From: Okamejei kenojei
Lineage: Eukaryota
Direction of reading: 5' to 3'
Length of the DNA stretch: 64,000 nt
Assembly (NCBI GenBank): GCA_035221665.1
Contig: CM069156.1
Location: 14,694,001 to 14,758,000, forward strand
Made by a program: the position numbers and the translations under genes. Within the stretch, counting starts at the first letter, position 1. The number at the start of each line of letters is the position of its first letter. The notes under the pieces are model-generated. The model did not search any database. It worked only from the letters and a program-made list of their open reading frames with translations, and had not been told where the DNA came from. Below, in pieces: positions 12,230 through 64,000 of this stretch.

Positions 12230-13250
12230 AGATGATTCTGCTTAACACCATCCAGTGGCACACTGGTAGAGAAGTAACTGGCCTGGATGGTGTTCCTGTC
12301 CATGTTCTAAAAACTTGCGTGGACCCGTTGACAGGACTTTGAGGCAATATTTTACCTCCCCCTACTCCATTCTGAGATTCCCACCTGCTTTGAGAGGACC
12401 TCAATAATCCAACGGCCAAAGAACCGTAAGGTGGTGTGCCTTAATGATCACCATCTGACATCCACCATGATGAAATGTTTCGAGAGACTGATCATGACAT
12501 ACGTCTCCCTCAGCGAGGTGAATCAGCTAGTTATTGACTACAGGAAGCATGGTGAAGTATGTGCCCCAATCAGCTTCAATGGTCCTGAAGTGCAAAGTGT
12601 CAAGTTCCTTGGCATAAAATGACCAACGATCTGTTGGGGCCAAGCACATTGAAGCGACATCCAAGAAGGCACCCCATTGCCTTTACTTCCTCGGAACACT
12701 GAGGAAATTCAGCATGTCTCCAATGACTCTTTACAAACTTCTACAGATACACCATAGAAAGCATAACTGTCAGAATACATCACAGCTTGGTTGGGGAAAA
12801 CTGCCCGACCACAAGAAATTTCTGAGTATTGTGGATGTAGCCAGTCCATCACACAGATTACACACCCCACCATTGACTCCATCTACACTTCGTACTGCCT
12901 CAGAAAAGTAGCCAACATAATCAAAAACGTGTCCCAACCTGGTAATTCCTACTTCTCCCTGGTCCCATCAGGCAGAGTATACAGAAGCTCGAAAGTGTGC
13001 ACCACCAGTCTGCGGAACTGTTTATTTGTCCCTCTGCTAACAGGCGTTTCTGAATTGTCCTTTCGTAAGCCAGGTACTGTCCGATTCACCTCTACCCAAA
13101 TGTGGACATCAGACTTTATCTCTGAAACCTGTCTGCGTTATAATGCTGAGAACTATATTCTGCATTCTGTATCTTCCCCTTTGCTTGTTCTTATGTGTGT
13201 GTAGTATTTTCTGATTTGATTGGATAACACGCAAAACAAAGTTTTTCATA
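12230..13250 (+). mobile_element. Rex1/Babar-like LINE remnant
   Basis: Fragments LTSTMMKCFERL, LVIDYRK, VKFLGI, IDSIYTSYCLRKVANIIK..PG..YFSLVPSGRVYRS; frameshifted, with internal deletions. Confidence 0.7.
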
Positions 13251-15625
13251 GGTCATAGGAGCAGAATTGAGCCACTTGGCCCATCAAGTCTACTCTGCCA
13301 TTCAATCATGACTGATCTATATTTCCCTCCCAACCCATTCTCCTGCCTTCTTCCCATAACCCTTACTAATCAAGAATCTGTCAATTTCTGCCTTAAAAAT
13401 ACCCAATGACACCCTCCACAGAAGTCTGTGGCAATTAATTCCACAGATTCACCGTCCTCTAACAAGAAATTCCTAAAGGGGATGAGGAGGAATTTTTATT
13501 CTGAGGCTATGGCCCCAGACTCTCCCACTGGTGGAAACATCCATTCCACATCCACTCTATCCAGGCCTTTCACTATTCAGTAAGTTTCAATGAGGGCCCC
13601 CTCTTCCTTTTAAACCCAAGTGAGTACAGGCCCAATGTAATCAAACTCTCATCATATGTTAACCCAGTCATCCCCAGGATCATTCTTGTAAACCTCCTCT
13701 GTACGTTCTCCAAAGCCAGCACATCCTTCCTCATATATGGAGCTCAAAGCTGCTCACAATAATCCAAATGGGGTCTGACCAGTGCCTTATAAAGCCACAG
13801 CAGTACATCCCTGTTTTTATATTCTAGTCCTCTCAAAATAAATGCCAACATCGCATTTGTCATCTTTACTACCGATTCAATGTGCAAACTAACCTTTTTG
13901 GAATCCTGCACCAGCACTCGCAAGTCCCTTTCCACCTCCAATTTCTGAATCCTCTGCCATTTAGAAAATAGTCTACACTTTCATTCCAAACTACCAAAAT
14001 GCATGACTGCACACTTTACTATGCTGTAATCCATCTGCCACTTATTTGCGCATTCTCCAACCTGTCCAAGTCCTCTTGCAGAGTCCCTGTTTTCTCTACA
14101 CTACCTGCCCTTCCACCTATCTTTGTATCATCTGCTAACTTGGCCACAACGCCTTCAATTCCCTCATCCAAATCATTGATGTACATGAAGAGTGGTGGCC
14201 CCAGCACAGACCCCCTGCAGAACACCACTGGACACTGGAAGCCAACCAGAAAAATACCCTTTTTTCCCCCCACTCTTTGCCTTCTGCCATTAGCCAACCT
14301 TCTATCCATACTAATATCTTACCTCTAATACCACAGGCTCTCATCTTCTTTAGCAGTCTCACGCATGGCATCTTATCAAAGGCCTTCTGAAAATCCAGGT
14401 AAACATCCACTGACTCTCCTTTATCTATCCTGCTATTTACTTCCTCAAAGAATTCCAACAGATTCGTCAGGTAAGATCTCCCCTTCACAAAACAATGCTG
14501 ACTTCAGTCTATTTCACCATGTGCTTAGGTATTCAGAAACCTCCTCCTTTATAATCTGACTCTAAAATCTTACCAACCACTGATGTCAGGCTAACCAGCC
14601 TAGAGTTTTCACTCTTCTGCTTCGCTCCCTTCTTGAACAGCAGAGTAACATTTGCAATCTCTGGGACTGCTCCTGACTCCAGTGATTCTTGAAAGATCAC
14701 CACTAATGCCTCCACAATCTCTAAAGCCATCTCAGAACCCTGGATTGTAGTCCATCTGGTCCAGGTGAGTTATCCACCTTCAGACTTTTCAGCTTCTCAA
14801 GCTCCTACTCCTTTGGAAAAAGCAACTCCATTAACTTCTGCCCCCCGACTCTCATGAATTTCAGGCCCGTTGCAGGTGTCCTCCACTGTAAAGACTGATG
14901 CAAAAAACATATTCAATTCATCTACCAGTTTTTTATTCCCCATTATCACTTCTCCAGCAACATTTTCCAGCAGTCCAATGACCACTCTCTCATTCTTTAT
15001 ATATCTGAGGACATTTTTGCTATCCTTTTCTTCATATTTCCTCTTTTATCACCATAGACCTTTTTAGTTACCTTCTGTAGGTTTATTAAAAGCTTCCCAA
15101 TCCTCTAGCTTCCCACTGAACTGTGCAATAATATGCCTTCTCTTTTAGTTTTATGCTATCTTTGACTTCCCTCATCAGCCACAGATGCTTAATTCTCCCT
15201 TTAGAATCTTTCTTCCTCTTTGGGATGAAAATGTCCTGCATCTTCCGAATTATTCCCAGAAACTCCTGTCATTGCTGCTCCACTGTCATTCCTACCAGGG
15301 TCCATTTGCAATAAAGTTTAACCAGCTCCTCCTTCATGCTTCAGTTGCTATCTTTACTCAACAGTAATACCGACACATCTGATTTAATCTTCCCCCTCTC
15401 AAACTGAAGATTGAATTTTATCATAACTTGGTCACTACCTCCAAGGAATTTCTTTACCTTAAAACTCCCTAATCAAGTTTGTTACACAATACCAAATCCA
15501 GATTTGCCTTTTCCCTAGTAGGCTCGACTACAAGCCATTCTAAGAAGCCATCTCTTAGGCACTCTACATATTCATGTTCTTGGGATCCAGTACCAACCTG
15601 ATTTTCCTATTTTACCTGCATATTG
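13250..15625 (-). mobile_element. CR1 LINE ORF2 (RT) remnant, about 2.4 kb
   Basis: Minus-strand ORFs YLDFQKAFDK, GSVLGPPLFMYINDLD, KLADDTKIGG, LYKALVRPHLDYC; several frameshifts. Confidence 0.93.
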
Positions 15626-16072
15626 TGCAGATCAAGGCTGGTTCAAGTAGGGAAAATAAAGGGAAATCGTTCTTAGTGAGGATAAAGATTTTTTAAGCAG
15701 AATTGTTTGGAACCTCAGTGCCAATTAAGGCTATTGGAAACAGAATTATTCAAGGCTTACATAGAAGAACTGGATAACAGCTTCAGACAGGGGAATTTGA
15801 CAGACTGGAAAGCTTCACTATGAACCAGAGACTTGATGGACTGTCAAAGTACAATACATGGTTTGTAAGTGTTGAACTCTTTGTCTTCTGTGCTCCAACA
15901 TCCAAGCAGAAGGTGAGGAACTGCACAAGGAACTGCAGATGCTGGAATTTTGAGGAAACAAAAGTAGTGGAGTAACTCAACAGATCAGACAACATTTCTG
16001 GAAGACATTCGTAGGGTCAGAACCCTTCCTCAATCTGATTGTAGAAGGAGGGAGAAAGCTGGAAGAGAGGTC

Positions 16073-16410
16073 ATAAGTGATAGAAGAATTAGGCCATTCG
16101 GCCCATCATCTACTCTGCCATTCAATCATAGTTGATCTATCTCTCCATCCTAACCCCATTCTCCTGCCTTCTCCCCATAACCCGACACCCATATTAAACA
16201 AGAATCTATCTATCTATCTATCTCTGCCTTAAAATATCCATTGACCTGGCCTCCACAATATTCTGCAGCAATGAATTACACAGATTCTTCACCCTCTGAC
16301 TAAAGAAACTCCTCCTCATCTTCCTAAAGGAACATTCTTTAATTCTGAGACTATGAGCTCTGGTCCTAGACTCTCCCATTAGTGGAAACATCCTTTCCAC
16401 ATCCAGTCAT
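16073..16410 (-). mobile_element. CR1 LINE 3' fragment
   Basis: MFPLMGESRTRAHSLRIK..FFSQRVKNLCNSL and a CR1 3' UTR. Confidence 0.85.
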
Positions 16411-18693
16411 AGAGAATAGTTACTGGACTGCAGTAAAAACATAGGTGACGCCCTAACAATCTTCATGCCAGAACACGTGCCGGCTGTACCCAGGGTGACT
16501 AAATCCAACTACAGAACCACAACCTTGCCGATGCTTAATGACCCACAGAATTGGCCTAGGAACCCAGTTAATCAAAGGATTAATCATAAGCTGCGTTATG
16601 GTTATATCATGGCGCAACGCAGTAATTCCAATGCACTGGAACGCAAGAAGCTGCAGACAGGTGGGGCAGGCAAGTGATAGGTAGATTCAAGAAACCTGTT
16701 GATCATTGCCTCATTTGTGTTATAGATAAACGTCCTTCTTGAAAGACTCAACTCTTTTTTCACCAACAAAAGATCCCTCTTCCTGATAAAACTACAATCT
16801 TCTGCAAATTAGCTCATTTGTTCTGTTGATACTTTGAGCAGCAATATAAAGTTAAAACCAAAAACTGAAATTAAACCAGATCCTCTCAATATAGCTTTGC
16901 ATGAATAAGCTATTTTACAGCCATTGTAATGGAATTAAGTAATACATTAGTTTCCAATCACAATTAATTACGTTCTATTTTGAAGTCAAGGCAGACTGCA
17001 GAATCAGGGTCTCAGTCAGTGAATATCTCAATTAATGAACAGTAAACTATCCAATTTTATCTACCACCCGTTTTTATCTACCTAGTTGCTTCCCCTCACA
17101 TGTGCATATATTTGTTTTCACACTACTTCCCCCATTCCCAGTTTGTTTCTCCTTCTCCATTTGCTCAACTCCCATTACTCTTTCCTCAGAGTTCCCTATT
17201 TTCACTCCCTTATCCCCATTTTCCTGCAGAGTATCTCCAATATTTATTTTTACTCTAAATTAGTGTGAGGTTAAAATTGCCTAATACAGTTTCCATCTTG
17301 AAATCTATTCCACCTGGAATCAATAACAATTTGAAACTTAGTTAGATAAATGCTTTTCCTCATAAAAAAAACATCTATCAAAGATTATATCATCAGGCTG
17401 GTTGTTCCATTCTTTTAATGAAAAGTTCCATTCTTTTCTCACCTTTGAAAGATTAATTTCTATTGCTATGACCTCTTCCTCTTAACTAAGGATGGGCTAA
17501 TCAATATCCACAATAAATCCAACTCATAACTTCATCAGCTATCTGCACTTTCTTCTATCATCACTTTCTTTAAGGAGTCCAATCCATTCTCCCCATTTCT
17601 CACCTGTTATGATAATGTCAACTCACTTCTATCTTCAAAAGCTTGTGAGGTCCAGACTTAAAAACAGCGTATTCCTCACTGCTTTCATATTCCTGAACCA
17701 ATCACCTCCAGAGAGGTTCTGAAACATACTCTTACAACGCTACCTGATTTGGTTATTCCATTATTGCACTTTAGTATTTTTGCAGTACTACATAATTATT
17801 TATCATTAATTGCGTTAATAATTGTCATACAGCATTGAAACAGACCCTTCGGCCCAACTTACCTATGCCGACCAAGCTGTCTTATAAACAATCAAGTTAA
17901 CACGGATTTCATGTTTATTTTCATTAAGCAGAAGCAGCTGAACATGTTCAGGTTGCACTGATGTTTATTTACCATCTGTTCCGACAAGCCAATTACAAGG
18001 GCAGTCAGTATCTTTGCACTTTTCATTAATTGACTACATTGTGACCCCATTACAAAGTGCTTAGTTGTGTTACTGGAGTTGCAGTATGATGAATTATTCA
18101 TTTGTGTGACTTTTGTAGGATGCCCAGGTATCCATAATGCAGTACATATTCGACGGGAATTAAAAAAATAATAAATTAACTACAGTGTGAAGGTGGAAAT
18201 TAAATTCTGACCTTTCACTGCGGCGGGGTTCGTGAATTAATCAACGCGCACCCATAGCGTTACATGAGATGCACTAGTGTCCATCTGGACGCTGCAACAG
18301 AGGCAGTGTGCATGCACGCAGAGAGTTGGGCTGCTGCACACCCATAGTGTCAGAGGGGGTGCAGCTGGAGTGGATGCGGGTGTACATTCGATGTGCAGCA
18401 GGATTGCATTGCATTGCATTGCATTGCTATTCCTGCCCCCGTCTGCAAGCGTGCACCGTGGCGATTGCTCGCAGTGGGGATTGCATTTGTTATTAAGCTT
18501 TCTTCTGCAGGAGTTACGCCGTTGCGTGTCCTGAGCGCCGGATGGTGTGCAGTTTGAGAGATCCTCCAGCGAGTCTTCGGAGCAGTGGGTCGGGTCGGGC
18601 CGCCCGTCCGTCCGTGTGAGTGAGTGAAGGAGGCGAGGAGCCGGCGGTTGCTGCCCGCCTCCCAGTTAGCGGTGTCAAGGCTGCCGGGCGTGG

Positions 18694-63614
<44,921 letters not shown>

Positions 63615-64000
63615 GACGTCCATACTGAGCAGGAAGCTGAACCATCACAGTGTAATCTCCGAGCATGCTGATGTTCAGCTGACCAACTTCACGTAACCAC
63701 ACATTTCACCTGCGTGCAGGGTACAATCCACCCGGCAAGGACTCTGCAGATGTTTATAATCCTGCAGGGTGACCTTTCAGCTTTAACATTTCACAGGATA
63801 GCAAGACTCGACCATCCACATTCAGCTGGACATAGAAGGAATGTGCACAGTAAATAAGTGACTATTTCCACATGGGCATTCATGGAGCAATGGTGTCCAA
63901 ATCAGACATCATGAATGCATTCTGGAGTTAGTGTTGGGACCACATTGTAGCTCAAATGATAAATTTAGAAAAAATGTGCTTTGGGGTAATGAGTATAAGG

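Noticed and set aside
63615-64000. Possible miR-134 site in the LIMK1 3'UTR, as known in mammals
   Set aside because: No seed match was seen, the UTR appears truncated by the window, and miR-134 belongs to a eutherian-specific cluster.

Overview
This is eukaryotic (vertebrate) genomic DNA. The repeat content (CR1 LINEs with (TTTCTATG)n tails, HE1/V-SINE-like SINEs, Penelope-like fragments) suggests a cartilaginous fish, probably a skate or ray; that assignment is inference. The ORF track mostly misleads because both real genes are split into short exons. (1) Positions 661-9537 (+) hold the 3' end of tropoelastin (ELN): five tiny phase-1 exons absent from the ORF track, ending in GSPCAMGKYCGRRRK*, followed by a 3'UTR with miR-29 sites. 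(2) Positions 18694-63614 (+) hold a complete 16-exon LIM domain kinase 1 gene (LIMK1; 1932 nt CDS, 643 aa; all introns GT-AG). The ELN->LIMK1 tandem order matches the human Williams-Beuren region. Introns and the spacer contain CR1 and Rex/Babar LINE fragments, SINEs, four related PIF/Harbinger-type MITEs, a hAT-like element, a non-autonomous Helitron, Penelope-like fold-backs with hammerhead-like cores, and a gapped (TG)n-TATTGGGC satellite. I found no convincing wholly new biological system. The strongest leads are the hidden elastin exons with a conserved miR-29 block, unusual LIMK1 kinase-domain residues, and the modular MITE family.
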